A DNA stretch of 64,000 nucleotides from an uncultured Candidatus Saccharibacteria bacterium (GCA_964445905.1 CAYUNN010000003.1:69312-133311); one strand, 5' to 3'; positions 26,092-36,077 are shown, counted from the stretch's first letter. Translations and numbers: made by a program. The notes: generated by a model from the sequence alone, not told the origin.

Positions 26092-26391
26092 ATGAGTAAC
26101 TTAAAAATTAAATATCCAAAAATGGGAGAACATATATTATTCAGTTTAAGCAGGTTAAATTCACCAGAAAGAGGGATGTCAATATCAAGTAATATTTATT
26201 TCCGCACCCACCCGGGCCTTAGAAAAAGAATTAAAAAAACAATAAGTGATTTATGTCAAAAGGGATTTGTTTATCTTAAAGATGGAAGAATTTTTATTAC
26301 TCAAAAAGGCAATAATTTTTTGTCAAGAAAACAGTGCAACGCTGATGAAATTGCAGATGGAGCAGCAGAGGAATTAGTTATTTCAAAATAA
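26092..26391 (+). CDS. Small winged-helix-like protein
   Basis: ISDLCQKGFV...IFITQKG wing motif; has a GAGG-type SD. Confidence 0.55.
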   Translation: MSNLKIKYPKMGEHILFSLSRLNSPERGMSISSNIYFRTHPGLRKRIKKTISDLCQKGFVYLKDGRIFITQKGNNFLSRKQCNADEIADGAAEELVISK

Positions 26392-26559
26392 TCGAAAGAT
26401 GTAATATACGAGGTTTAAATTTAAAAACCTCGTTCTATTTATTTAAAAAAATATTTTTATCTTGAAATTCAGAATTTAACCGATAAAATTATAATATTTT
26501 TCTTTAAATGTTATAATAAATAATTGCTTTAGTTATATTTTTTTTGATAGCAGATAAAT

Positions 26560-27741
26560 ATGCAAGAATTTCTTTCTTTCTTTATCGTTATATTTGCAGG
26601 TGTATTTTTTTCAGAAGCCTTTAAACGTTTTCATCTGCCTTGGGTAGTAACATTGATTTTAGGAGGAATAATTATTGGTCCTCATGCGTTAGGCATTCTT
26701 CATGTAAACGAAACCATTGATTTTATTGGGCAAATAGGCCTTATTTTTTTAATGTTTATGGCTGGGCTGGAGACAGAATTTTCTAGTTTTAAAAAATTCA
26801 GAAAAGGAATATTCGGATTGTCTCTCTTAAATTCTGTTATTCCTTTTTTTGTTGGAATTGCAATCGGGATATTTTTTAATTACGATTTGTCAACATCAAT
26901 TCTTTTGGGGATTGTTTTTGTTTCTTCTTCTATTGCAATTGTTGTCCCGTCTTTAAAGGTAAATAAAATGCTTGATTCTAAGCTGGGGAAATCAATCGTT
27001 GCCACAACGGTAATGGGAGATGTGGCTAGCTTGATACTTCTTTCTTTGTTTTTACAAATAGTTAATCCAGTCAGCAGAATTCCTCTTCCTCTGTTTTATA
27101 TTTTATTGGTCTTTTCTTTATTTGCTATTAGATGGCTTGTTCCAAAAATCCGCTTTTTATTTTCTCTTTATCTTAGAGACAGAGAAGATCTTTTTCAGGA
27201 AGAACTTAGATCAATTCTTTTTATACTAATAGGGGTAGTAATTATTTTTGAAGTTTTAGGGCTTCATCCTATTGTCGCCGGTTTCTTTGCTGGTTTTGTC
27301 TTGTCTGATTCAATTAAAACAAAAAAGATGAGGAAAAGACTTCATATTTTGAGTTACGGTCTTTTTATTCCGACTTTCTTTGTTATTATAGGAGCGAAAA
27401 CAAACATTTCTGTATTCTCAGAGGCAAAAGGAGTTTTGCTCTTTGTTCTTTTAATTATTCTAGGATCAACACTCTCTAAGTTTATTAGCGGTTGCCTAGG
27501 AGGGAGATTAAACGGCTTTAGCAAAAAAGAATCTTTAATTATTGGAGTCTCTACCATTCCTCAGCTTTCAACAACTTTAGCGGTTGTTTTTACTGCCAAC
27601 AAGCTTGGTTTATTTGATCAGAAAATAATGGTAGCCATGATAACCTTGAGCATTGTTAGCACTATCATTAGTCCTATTTTAGTAAAAATTCTTTCTGATC
27701 AAAAAGAAGAAATAGAAGAAGCAATCAATGATCAACATTAA
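26560..27741 (+). CDS. Cation:proton antiporter (CPA2)
   Basis: GLIFLMFMAGLE, SSSIAIV, GDVAS, PTFFVIIG; about 12 TM. Confidence 0.9.
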   Translation: MQEFLSFFIVIFAGVFFSEAFKRFHLPWVVTLILGGIIIGPHALGILHVNETIDFIGQIGLIFLMFMAGLETEFSSFKKFRKGIFGLSLLNSVIPFFVGIAIGIFFNYDLSTSILLGIVFVSSSIAIVVPSLKVNKMLDSKLGKSIVATTVMGDVASLILLSLFLQIVNPVSRIPLPLFYILLVFSLFAIRWLVPKIRFLFSLYLRDREDLFQEELRSILFILIGVVIIFEVLGLHPIVAGFFAGFVLSDSIKTKKMRKRLHILSYGLFIPTFFVIIGAKTNISVFSEAKGVLLFVLLIILGSTLSKFISGCLGGRLNGFSKKESLIIGVSTIPQLSTTLAVVFTANKLGLFDQKIMVAMITLSIVSTIISPILVKILSDQKEEIEEAINDQH

Positions 27742-27756
27742 TAATTAATTAAATTT

Positions 27757-28236
27757 ATGAAATTGAATAAAATATTTAAATTAATATTTTCTATTTTAAT
27801 TTGTCATTTAGCAGGAATTATTGGGTCTTTTTTTACAGCTCCTGCTATTCCCGAATGGTACGCAAGTCTTCAAAAACCTTTTTTTGCTCCTCCTAATTGG
27901 GTTTTTGCTCCTGTTTGGATTTCCTTGTTTACTTTAATGGGAATTGCCTTTTATCTTATCTGGGAGAAGGGGACGGAAAGAGACAAAGTTAAGCTAGTTC
28001 TTTTTGTTTTCTGCGTTCATTTAGGATTGAATACTCTTTGGTCTGTTTTGTTCTTTGGTCTAAGATCTTCTTTTCTAGCTTTTTTAGAAATAATTGTTCT
28101 TTGGTTTTTCGTCTTGTGGATAACTCGTAATTTCTATAAACTTTATAAATTAGCTGGAATATTGCTTTTTCCTTACCTTGCTTGGTTGAGCGTTGCCGCG
28201 TTACTTAATTTCTTCATTTGGAGAATTAATCTTTGA
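27757..28236 (+). CDS. tspO: TspO/MBR tryptophan-rich sensory protein
   Basis: WYASLQKPFFAPPNWVFAPVW and PYLAW motifs. Confidence 0.93.
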   Translation: MKLNKIFKLIFSILICHLAGIIGSFFTAPAIPEWYASLQKPFFAPPNWVFAPVWISLFTLMGIAFYLIWEKGTERDKVKLVLFVFCVHLGLNTLWSVLFFGLRSSFLAFLEIIVLWFFVLWITRNFYKLYKLAGILLFPYLAWLSVAALLNFFIWRINL

Positions 28237-28284
28237 TTTTTTTTAAAATATCAGTAGCATATTTAAAAGAAGGAGGAGAATGAA

Positions 28285-28542
28285 TTGGTAATTAAAATTG
28301 AAAATAAAGAAAAAGCAGAAAAAATCAACAGATTAGCTAGAAGATTTCCAAACATTGTTGGAGTCTATCTGTCTGATTTCGGTTTCTTAAAAGAAATCAA
28401 AATTTATTACGTTGGTCGCGAAGACAAGGGTTTTGAAAAAGAAGTAAGAGAGTCTTTAAGAGAAGAAATTCTTCCTGATTTTAAGATAAGCCTTTATTTT
28501 ATCGCGCCACGTCCAGCGCTTTTTGAAATGTATTGCAATTAA
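28285..28542 (+). CDS. Hypothetical protein
   Basis: 85-aa ORF with TTG start after AGGAGG. Confidence 0.5.
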   Translation: MVIKIENKEKAEKINRLARRFPNIVGVYLSDFGFLKEIKIYYVGREDKGFEKEVRESLREEILPDFKISLYFIAPRPALFEMYCN

Positions 28543-28769
28543 TTAAAGGAAGAGCATTATTCTTCCTTATTTTTTTAATTCACCCCTTGACAAAAAATAT
28601 TATTATGATAAGATTTTAGTACTTAAAGAAAGGAATTTTTTATTTAAATTCTTAAATTATTGGAGGTGCTCATTATTATTATTTTTAGTTCTTTCATATC
28701 AATTCAATTTCGTTAAAAGATTATTAAGCGTCTTGTCCGTCTTGTTAGTAGGACAGGTAATAAGATTTA

Positions 28770-28810
28770 TAGGTCAAGCTATTTACAAGTAGGTCAAGCA
28801 TAGGTCAAGC
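28770..28810 (+). repeat. Three copies of TAGGTCAAGC in the leader of the giant surface protein
   Basis: Exact copies at 28770, 28790 and 28801. Confidence 0.8.
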
Positions 28811-28867
28811 TATTAATTATAGTTTAACCTTAGTATTAACTAACATTAAAAGTAATAATCAAATTAT

Positions 28868-31800
28868 ATGTTAGGACATAAACAATTTATTATTACTGAA
28901 TTCTTAATTAAAAACATGAATAAAATATTAACTTTAATCAAAGAAACTAATTCTTCTAAAAGAGCGTTAGTTTTTGCTTTCGCTGTTTTCTTTGTCAGCG
29001 TTTTTATTTTTAATTTAAACGTTGCTAAAGTAAATGGTTGCGTTCAAGATGATCCTGGCAGTATTACGGTTTGCAAGATTATAATTGACGAAGAGGGAAA
29101 TATAATAACAGATGCTTCTGATTATTCTCCTGCTAGTTTTAATATTCCTTTGTCAGGTGAATCAGCAAGTTTTTCTGATCATATTTTTGAAGCTCAGGAT
29201 TTTTCTCCGAACACTAAATTGATTAATAATTACGACGATGCAGAATGTGTTACTTATGATAATCTTGAGTTAGGAAATTACTATTATGGCGAAGAAATTA
29301 TTAGCCCAGAAGAAAATTGGGAAGAGCCATTGTATAATGATCAATTTTCTCATCAAGTAAATAGCCTCGGTGACTTTTTCGTTTATGACGGAGATCTAAA
29401 TGATGAAAGCAGAAATAAAAACTCTGACGGTCATATTGTATTAAGTCAGGGCAGACCGGAAAGAACACTGGTTATTCTTAATCAATATAAAGTACAGGAA
29501 CCGTCGCTAGTAACTATCCATGCTCTCAAGGTGGTTTGCGAAGGAGAAGAATATTTGCCTGATTGGGCAAGGACTTCCAGTAATCCCTCAATGATTACCG
29601 AAGATCTCGTCAACCAATATGTTGATGATTCGGATGGCAAGTGCTGGTTTGAACCGGGCTGGGAATTTGAATGGGGAGAAACAAGCGCTCCCGAAAAGAA
29701 TGGTGATTACATTGGTTATGGAGGTCAAGGTTGGAATACCTTTGGTCCGACCGATAACGAAGGAAAGGTAATAGTTGAAATTGACTATGTAGAAGGAAGA
29801 CAATATTTCTGGATGAGAGAAGTATTACAGGAAGGATACATTCCTTTTAGCGATTCAGGAGACGGTTCTGAATCTGTAAGCGCTGAAATGCTTTGTCATA
29901 TAGACGCATACAAATACGACAATTATGATCGCGTAGACAATCCAGAAGCGGGCGAGACTTATTATTGTGTTGCCTTTAATGCTCCAATGCCTACTTATTC
30001 TATATCTGGAAAGAAATGGGAAGATCTCAATGGTAACGGAGAAGAGAACTGTGGAGAAAATGGACTAGAAGGATGGGAGATAACCCTAAGTAACGGAGAA
30101 GAGGTCATCGCTACTACTACAACTGACAGCAATGGTTATTATATCTTCGAAGACTTATTGCCTGGTGCCTACGAAGTTTGCGAGGTATTAGTAGATGGCT
30201 GGGAGAATACTTATCCCGGAGAAGGGAATCTTTGTCACAGCGTAGAGATAGAAGAAAGCGATATCACAGACATTAATTTTGGTAATAATCTTATTGAAGA
30301 AGAAGAGTCTTTATTTATTTATGCTAGAAAGGTAGTTTGTGAAGAAGAACAATATTTGCCTAATTGGGGAGCAGATTCTAATAACCCCCCTCAAATTACA
30401 GGAGAAACAGCTGAAGATTATGTTCTTAATTCAAACGGAATGTGTCACTTCGAAGCATGGGATTTCCAATGGGGAATTCCCGAGGGAGCTGTAAAAAAAC
30501 CGGGAGAATTTATTGGTTTTGCTCCTGAACCAGGCTGGAATGTTTTTGGTCCTCATGATGAAGATTTAAGATCAATTGCGGAAATTAGCGGAACTGAATT
30601 AGGAGAAAATACTATAATCTGGGTAAGAGAAGTCTTAAGACCCGATTTTGTTATTTTTACTGATGGTTATACTTCCGAGGATGATTATAGTGCTGAAATG
30701 TATTGTCACATTGACGCATATAAATATGACAATTATGATCGCGTAGACAATCCAGAAATGGGAGATGAATATCACTGTGTCGCCTTTAACGCGCCTACTT
30801 GTACTATTAATTCTAATAATTGGAATCAAGTGGACAGAATAAATCTTGGTGATTCTGAAAGTATGGATGATCATGACGCTCAAGAATGGTGGGACGACCC
30901 GGGAGTAGGAAATTACGGAGGAAGAGATGGAGGAAACCTAATTGCTATCGTAAGAGGAGGAGATGAGTGCTCTGAAGAAACTGCTGCAGCTTCTTTTACT
31001 CTTCAAGCAGGAGCTAGCGCGTCAAGCCTTGTCTTAAGGCACTTGGATGGCTTGAGCAATCTTGATAGCTTTGATGTTTATATCAATGGAATAAAAATTG
31101 GAAGGTATCTAGATTCTCAAGACAGTGAAGAGATTTGGATTACTACTCATTTTTCATTGCCAGAAGGAATGTCCGGTCAATTGGAGGTTGAAATTGTTAA
31201 CATTAATAATCCTTGGGTAAACTGTTCAACATGTGGTCAATTAGCCTTTAATTGGGCTGAAGTTGGTTACTGCGGAGAAACTCCTCCTGCTAAAAGCACC
31301 CTTTATATTATTAAGGATGTTGTTGGAGGAACAGCTGTGTCTGGAGATTTTACAATTTATGTTGTTGGAAACAATCCATCTATAATGTCTTTTCCCGGTG
31401 AAGAATTTCCCGGAACCATAGTAACGCTTGACCATGGGCCTTATAGTGTCTCAGAATCAACTAGCTCAGACTATATTAGCATGCTTTCTGCTGATTGTTC
31501 TGGAACAATAGCGGAAGGAGAAGTTAAAACCTGTACTATAACTAACAGTTTTGACGAGCCTCCTTATTGTGGTGATGGAATATGTAATGGTGATGAGTAT
31601 TGTTATAATTGTCCAGAGGACTGTGGTAGTTGTGGAGGACCAGGTCCTGATCCTGATCCAGACCCTGATCCGGAGCCTGAACCAGAACCCTATTGTGGCG
31701 ATGGAATAGTAAACGGAGATGAAGAATGTGATGGAGAAGAAGGCGTCCCAGAAGGTTATGTCTGTAACGAGCATTGCGTTTTAGAAAGAACGATTTGCGA

Positions 31801-33136
31801 AATGGATTTGAATGTAATGATAGTAATAGATGTTTCTGGAAGTATGGCAAACGATATTCCAACAAAACTTTCTCAAGTTCAAATTAATGCTAATAACTTT
31901 ATTGGCAATTTAAGGAACAATGATAAATCTGGAGTAGTTTCTTTTAGCGGAATAGCTACTTTAGAAAAAGGCTTGTCAACAGATCATGCTTCTACTCAAT
32001 CTGTCATTGATGGTTTAGTTGCGTTTGGAGCTACTAATATAGGAGATGCTATTTATACAGCTAATCAAGAATTAATATCAGAAGATGATATTTCAGACGC
32101 AGCTAGAATAGAAATTCTCTTGACTGACGGTAAAGCTAATCGTCCAAATGGTGATGGTATTAATGAAAATTCAGCTGACCTAGCTTTAGCTTTAGAAAGA
32201 TCTTTAGAGGCAGCTGATAACGGAATTACTATTTTTACTATTGGAGTAGGCAATGAAGTTAACGAGGTTATGCTTCAAACCATAGCTGATAATACAGGCG
32301 GTACATATTACTTTATTCCTACTGCTGGAGAGCTAGAAGATATATTTAATCAAATATCTTCCGAAGCTTGTTTGATTGATGACGAAATAGAGGAAGAGTT
32401 GTCTGTAAAAGTTTTCGATTCAAGAATTATGTCTGTGTCAGATAATAGCGTTACTGTGTCTTGGTTAACTAATATACCAGCTACTAGTAGGGTTATTTAT
32501 GATACTGTTCCTCATCCCGTCCTAGGAGATGCTCCAAATTATGGTTATGAATGGTCAACTGAAGAGTATAGTACTAAGACTTACTTCCACGTAGTAACTA
32601 TTGCGGGAATAGATCCAGGAGAAACTTATTACTGGAGACCAGTCTCTCATGGCTCAGGAGAAAAAGTAGGAGAAGAAACTTCTTTTTCTATCAAGTCTCT
32701 TGAAGATAACATGAATGAGAACAATCAGAACAATCAGGGAGAACAGGAAGAAAGAGAAGAGGAAAAGCAAGAAGAAATGGTAGAAAACGAAGAAGGTCAA
32801 TCCAGAGCAGAAAATATTGTTGAAGAAGAAGAAAAAGGAGAAATGGCAGGTCTTATCGCTGCTATCGGAGAATTCTTCCGAGTAGAAAATCCTTGTTTAG
32901 TAGCGACAATTCTTCTATCAATTCTTGCAATTATATATGTCTTTACAAGAATGAGAAAAGGAAAAAGAACTACCGGAAAGAACAAGTATTCAGATTTAAT
33001 TGCAGGAATGATTATTTTAGCAATATTAGCAATTATATTTAAGTGTGCTTTGTTGCTAATTCCTGTGATTATATTAGCTATTCCTCTCTTGAAGGATAAG
33101 TTTTTAAAGCAAGAAAAAGAGCAAACTCAAATGTAA
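28868..33136 (+). CDS. Giant multidomain surface protein/adhesin (SdrD-B/Cna-B-like Ig folds, duplicated Cys domain, CGDG repeats, PD/PE linker, vWA, FN3-like, C-terminal TM anchor)
   Basis: SISGKKWEDLNGNG..TTTDSNGYY; DVSGSM...LLTDG MIDAS; VSWLTN.PATSRVIY; start probably MNKILT at 28916. Confidence 0.85.
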   Translation: MLGHKQFIITEFLIKNMNKILTLIKETNSSKRALVFAFAVFFVSVFIFNLNVAKVNGCVQDDPGSITVCKIIIDEEGNIITDASDYSPASFNIPLSGESASFSDHIFEAQDFSPNTKLINNYDDAECVTYDNLELGNYYYGEEIISPEENWEEPLYNDQFSHQVNSLGDFFVYDGDLNDESRNKNSDGHIVLSQGRPERTLVILNQYKVQEPSLVTIHALKVVCEGEEYLPDWARTSSNPSMITEDLVNQYVDDSDGKCWFEPGWEFEWGETSAPEKNGDYIGYGGQGWNTFGPTDNEGKVIVEIDYVEGRQYFWMREVLQEGYIPFSDSGDGSESVSAEMLCHIDAYKYDNYDRVDNPEAGETYYCVAFNAPMPTYSISGKKWEDLNGNGEENCGENGLEGWEITLSNGEEVIATTTTDSNGYYIFEDLLPGAYEVCEVLVDGWENTYPGEGNLCHSVEIEESDITDINFGNNLIEEEESLFIYARKVVCEEEQYLPNWGADSNNPPQITGETAEDYVLNSNGMCHFEAWDFQWGIPEGAVKKPGEFIGFAPEPGWNVFGPHDEDLRSIAEISGTELGENTIIWVREVLRPDFVIFTDGYTSEDDYSAEMYCHIDAYKYDNYDRVDNPEMGDEYHCVAFNAPTCTINSNNWNQVDRINLGDSESMDDHDAQEWWDDPGVGNYGGRDGGNLIAIVRGGDECSEETAAASFTLQAGASASSLVLRHLDGLSNLDSFDVYINGIKIGRYLDSQDSEEIWITTHFSLPEGMSGQLEVEIVNINNPWVNCSTCGQLAFNWAEVGYCGETPPAKSTLYIIKDVVGGTAVSGDFTIYVVGNNPSIMSFPGEEFPGTIVTLDHGPYSVSESTSSDYISMLSADCSGTIAEGEVKTCTITNSFDEPPYCGDGICNGDEYCYNCPEDCGSCGGPGPDPDPDPDPEPEPEPYCGDGIVNGDEECDGEEGVPEGYVCNEHCVLERTICEMDLNVMIVIDVSGSMANDIPTKLSQVQINANNFIGNLRNNDKSGVVSFSGIATLEKGLSTDHASTQSVIDGLVAFGATNIGDAIYTANQELISEDDISDAARIEILLTDGKANRPNGDGINENSADLALALERSLEAADNGITIFTIGVGNEVNEVMLQTIADNTGGTYYFIPTAGELEDIFNQISSEACLIDDEIEEELSVKVFDSRIMSVSDNSVTVSWLTNIPATSRVIYDTVPHPVLGDAPNYGYEWSTEEYSTKTYFHVVTIAGIDPGETYYWRPVSHGSGEKVGEETSFSIKSLEDNMNENNQNNQGEQEEREEEKQEEMVENEEGQSRAENIVEEEEKGEMAGLIAAIGEFFRVENPCLVATILLSILAIIYVFTRMRKGKRTTGKNKYSDLIAGMIILAILAIIFKCALLLIPVIILAIPLLKDKFLKQEKEQTQM

Positions 33137-33155
33137 GATTTGATTGCGAAAGAAG

Positions 33156-33188
33156 AAGAGGCTAGGTTTTTACTAGCCTCTTTTTTTA
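33156..33188 (+). terminator. Intrinsic terminator
   Basis: AGAGGCTAG-N7-CTAGCCTCT followed by a T-run. Confidence 0.8.
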
Positions 33189-33257
33189 TAAAAAAGGACT
33201 TATCCACAGAAAACTTGATTGACTATACTTCCTATTAGTAATATTATTTAAATAGGA

Positions 33258-33644
33258 ATGATTACTAATAATAAAAAAGAAAGATTGACTCCGCAAAGGA
33301 AGATCATTATTGATTATTTAAAGAGTGTTAAAACCCATCCTACCGCCGAAGAGGTTTATTCGGCGGTAAAGAGGAAACTTCCCCGAATAAGCTTGGGAAC
33401 TATTTATCGTAATCTTCAAAAGCTAAAATGTTCTGGAGAGATTAGGGAGATTGATTGTAGAACGTGCGGAGTTACTCGTTACGACGGTAATATGTTTTCT
33501 CACGACCATTTTTTATGTGAGAAATGCAATAAGATATTTGATATTAAAAGGTCAGTTGATTTAAAAAATAAAATTAAAATAGGAAAAATTAAAAGTTACC
33601 AAATATATTTTTATGGAATTTGCAAAAAATGTTCAACAAAATAA
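33258..33644 (+). CDS. Fur/PerR-family transcriptional repressor
   Basis: RLTPQR, HPTAEEVY, TIYRNL, HDHFLCEKC and GICKKC motifs; heads an oxidative-stress operon. Confidence 0.92.
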   Translation: MITNNKKERLTPQRKIIIDYLKSVKTHPTAEEVYSAVKRKLPRISLGTIYRNLQKLKCSGEIREIDCRTCGVTRYDGNMFSHDHFLCEKCNKIFDIKRSVDLKNKIKIGKIKSYQIYFYGICKKCSTK

Positions 33645-33912
33645 AGCTTATTGTTATGATTGCAAGAAAAAAATTGAGATTAAAAACAATGAAGTCCAAA
33701 ACGGAGTCCTTCTTGGGTACAATGACAATGGAGAGAAATTAATGGTTTTTAAGTGCAATCAATGCTTTGCTAAGGATCCAAGCTTGAGCAAATTTAGGAA
33801 ATGCGAAGTTTATTCCAGGATAGTTGGTTATCTTAGGCCCATTAAGCAATGGAACAAAGGAAAGAAAAGAGAATTTGAGGAAAGAAAAAATTACGAGCAA
33901 AAAGAAGCTTAA
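33613..33912 (+). CDS. Stand-alone NrdD-type glycyl-radical domain with Zn-binding Cys pairs
   Basis: CYDC...CNQC followed by CEVYSRIVGYLRPIKQWNKGKKREFEER, the class III RNR C-terminal signature. Confidence 0.85.
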   Translation: MEFAKNVQQNKAYCYDCKKKIEIKNNEVQNGVLLGYNDNGEKLMVFKCNQCFAKDPSLSKFRKCEVYSRIVGYLRPIKQWNKGKKREFEERKNYEQKEA

Positions 33913-33926
33913 ATTAATTATTTTCT

Positions 33927-34370
33927 ATGGTAAAAAAAGAAAACATTACTGGGCTTATGCTCAAAAGTCATTGCAAGTTAGAAGTTCTTCTTAAAAACTT
34001 TAAAGTAGGGACAGATAAAGATGTTGATAGCATTAGTGATAATTTTGAAGAATTTGCAAAAGAACTTAAAAATCATTTATTTGTTGAAGAAGAAGCGATA
34101 TTTAAATTTATAGGTCCAATGCGAAACGAAGAGTATCAAGAGATTATCCCTGATCTCATAAGCGAACATAACTTGCTTTTAGAAAAGTTGAGCGATTTAA
34201 AAGAAAAAATTGTTGAAGGGAATGATATTGATATTACTAATTTTGAGAAATTATTAGTTCAGCATAAAAATTACGAAGAAGAATTTTTTTATCCTCAACT
34301 TGAGGAAAAATTAGAAGAATCTCAAAAAGAAAAAATAATTAAAAAGGTTAAAAAATTATCTATTAATTAA
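33927..34370 (+). CDS. Hemerythrin/HHE domain protein
   Basis: H...HLFVEEE..F...EH...HKNYEE..FYP pattern. Confidence 0.85.
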   Translation: MVKKENITGLMLKSHCKLEVLLKNFKVGTDKDVDSISDNFEEFAKELKNHLFVEEEAIFKFIGPMRNEEYQEIIPDLISEHNLLLEKLSDLKEKIVEGNDIDITNFEKLLVQHKNYEEEFFYPQLEEKLEESQKEKIIKKVKKLSIN

Positions 34371-34379
34371 TAAAAAAAT

Positions 34380-34964
34380 ATGGAAAAAACAATAAAAAAT
34401 TTGACAAAAGCATTTATTGGCGAAAGCCAAGCAAGAAACAGATATTCTTTTTATGCAAAGATTGCTAAAAAAGAAGGCTTTGAGCAAATCTCAGACATAT
34501 TCCTGTTAACAGCTGAAAACGAAAGAGAACATGCTAAGTGGCTTTTTCGCTTGATTAATGATTTAAAGGAAAAGAGCGGAGAAGACCTAGAAGAAATTGA
34601 AGTAGAAGCTTCAGCTCCAACAATTATCGGAGATACTGTTCAGAATCTTAAGTCGGCTATTGACGGAGAGCATTATGAAAATACAAAAATGTATCCTGAA
34701 TTTGCTGACACGGCAGAGGAAGAAGGTTTTCCGGAGATTGCTAAAAGATTGAGAGCCATTAGCAAAGCAGAAGAGCATCACGAAGAGAGATATGTAAAAT
34801 TACTGGCAGAAGTGGAAAACAATACAGTATTTAGCAAGGAAGAAAAAACTTATTGGGTTTGCAGGAAATGTGGCTATGTTCATGAAGGAGAAAAGCCTCC
34901 CGAAGAATGTCCTTCTTGCAGTCATCCCAGTAATTATTTTGAACTTAAGTGTGAAAAATATTAA
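34380..34964 (+). CDS. rbr: Rubrerythrin
   Basis: [12 protein letters not shown], ExxH motifs, C-terminal CRKCGY...CPSC. Confidence 0.95.
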   Translation: MEKTIKNLTKAFIGESQARNRYSFYAKIAKKEGFEQISDIFLLTAENEREHAKWLFRLINDLKEKSGEDLEEIEVEASAPTIIGDTVQNLKSAIDGEHYENTKMYPEFADTAEEEGFPEIAKRLRAISKAEEHHEERYVKLLAEVENNTVFSKEEKTYWVCRKCGYVHEGEKPPEECPSCSHPSNYFELKCEKY

Positions 34965-34970
34965 TTAAAA

Positions 34971-35360
34971 ATGACAGAAAAAAAACAAATCTATAAGTGC
35001 AATATTTGCGGGAATATTGTCGAAGTTATTCATGTCGGCCAGGGAGAGTTAGTTTGTTGTGGTCAACCGATGGAATTGCAAAGAGAAAAGACAGAAGACG
35101 CTGGAGAAGAAAAGCATGTTCCAGTAATTGAGAAAACAGAAGATGGCGTAAGAGTTAAAATCGGATCTCATCCTCATCCAATGGAGGAACAGCACTACAT
35201 TGAATGGATAGAGATTATTGTTAATGGAAGGTCTTATCGTAAGTTTCTAGGTCCAAACGACAAGCCAGAAGCAGATTTTGAAATCCGAGCAGATAACATT
35301 CAAGCAAGAGAATATTGCAATATTCATGGCCTGTGGAAAACTCATTACCAGAAAGATTAA
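34971..35360 (+). CDS. dfx: Desulfoferrodoxin (2Fe superoxide reductase)
   Basis: [33 protein letters not shown]. Confidence 0.95.
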   Translation: MTEKKQIYKCNICGNIVEVIHVGQGELVCCGQPMELQREKTEDAGEEKHVPVIEKTEDGVRVKIGSHPHPMEEQHYIEWIEIIVNGRSYRKFLGPNDKPEADFEIRADNIQAREYCNIHGLWKTHYQKD

Positions 35361-35396
35361 TGATAAAAAAATACGTGAATAAAATATTCACGTGTT

Positions 35397-35933
35397 TTAT
35401 AACGCTGGAAAAAGCTGATAAGCAATAGCTGTTAAGATAAAAGCTCTAAAGATATTCCCTAGAAAAAGGATAGGAAGAGCTTTTTTTATTTTTAATAATC
35501 TTGCTGCTATTATCGTTATCGTAGGGAGTTGTGGCAAAGGAATGAAATTAAGGGTTAAAGTTACCCAATTTTTTTGGTTTACTAGCCAAAACACTCCTTT
35601 TTCTTTTGTTTTTTCCCCGAATCTCAAATTGCTTTTAACTTTTTTCCACCATCTATTCAATATTTTAATTAAACAGTTTATACTTTTCCATCTTATCATC
35701 TTTCTGATTGCCCAATCTGTTCCATAATAGGTTATTATTAATGTTCCTGTCCAATAAATAATTGTAAAGGACAGAGTAATATGGAAAGGCACTCCGAGCA
35801 AACGATAAGCTGTTATTCCTCCAAAACCATTTAAAAAAAGAAGAGGGAATCCGGTGATTAATTTTCCTAACATCTTTTCTCCTAGCTTTAAAAGAGCTAT
35901 CCAAAAATTAGCATATTTTAGCTGAAACGTCAA
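35397..35933 (-). CDS. Membrane protein (DedA/small export-like)
   Basis: Several TM segments; LNFIPLP..T...AARLL...ILFLGN.FR; start probably the downstream ATG. Confidence 0.5.
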   Translation of the reverse strand: MTFQLKYANFWIALLKLGEKMLGKLITGFPLLFLNGFGGITAYRLLGVPFHITLSFTIIYWTGTLIITYYGTDWAIRKMIRWKSINCLIKILNRWWKKVKSNLRFGEKTKEKGVFWLVNQKNWVTLTLNFIPLPQLPTITIIAARLLKIKKALPILFLGNIFRAFILTAIAYQLFPAL

Positions 35934-36077
35934 TTTAATGATTATTTTATATAAAATAATAAAAAATATTAATTAACAAAATCATCAAAAACCTCCCCCT
36001 TTGTTTTAGCGGTTTTTTTTAGTATAATTATATTAATAGGGAAGAAATTTATTTTTCTTACTTTTTATAATTTTTAA

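Noticed and set aside
33200-33208. Replication origin
   Set aside because: Only one intergenic DnaA box; the other matches (about 41498 and 48938) are inside genes, and no dnaA or dnaN is nearby.
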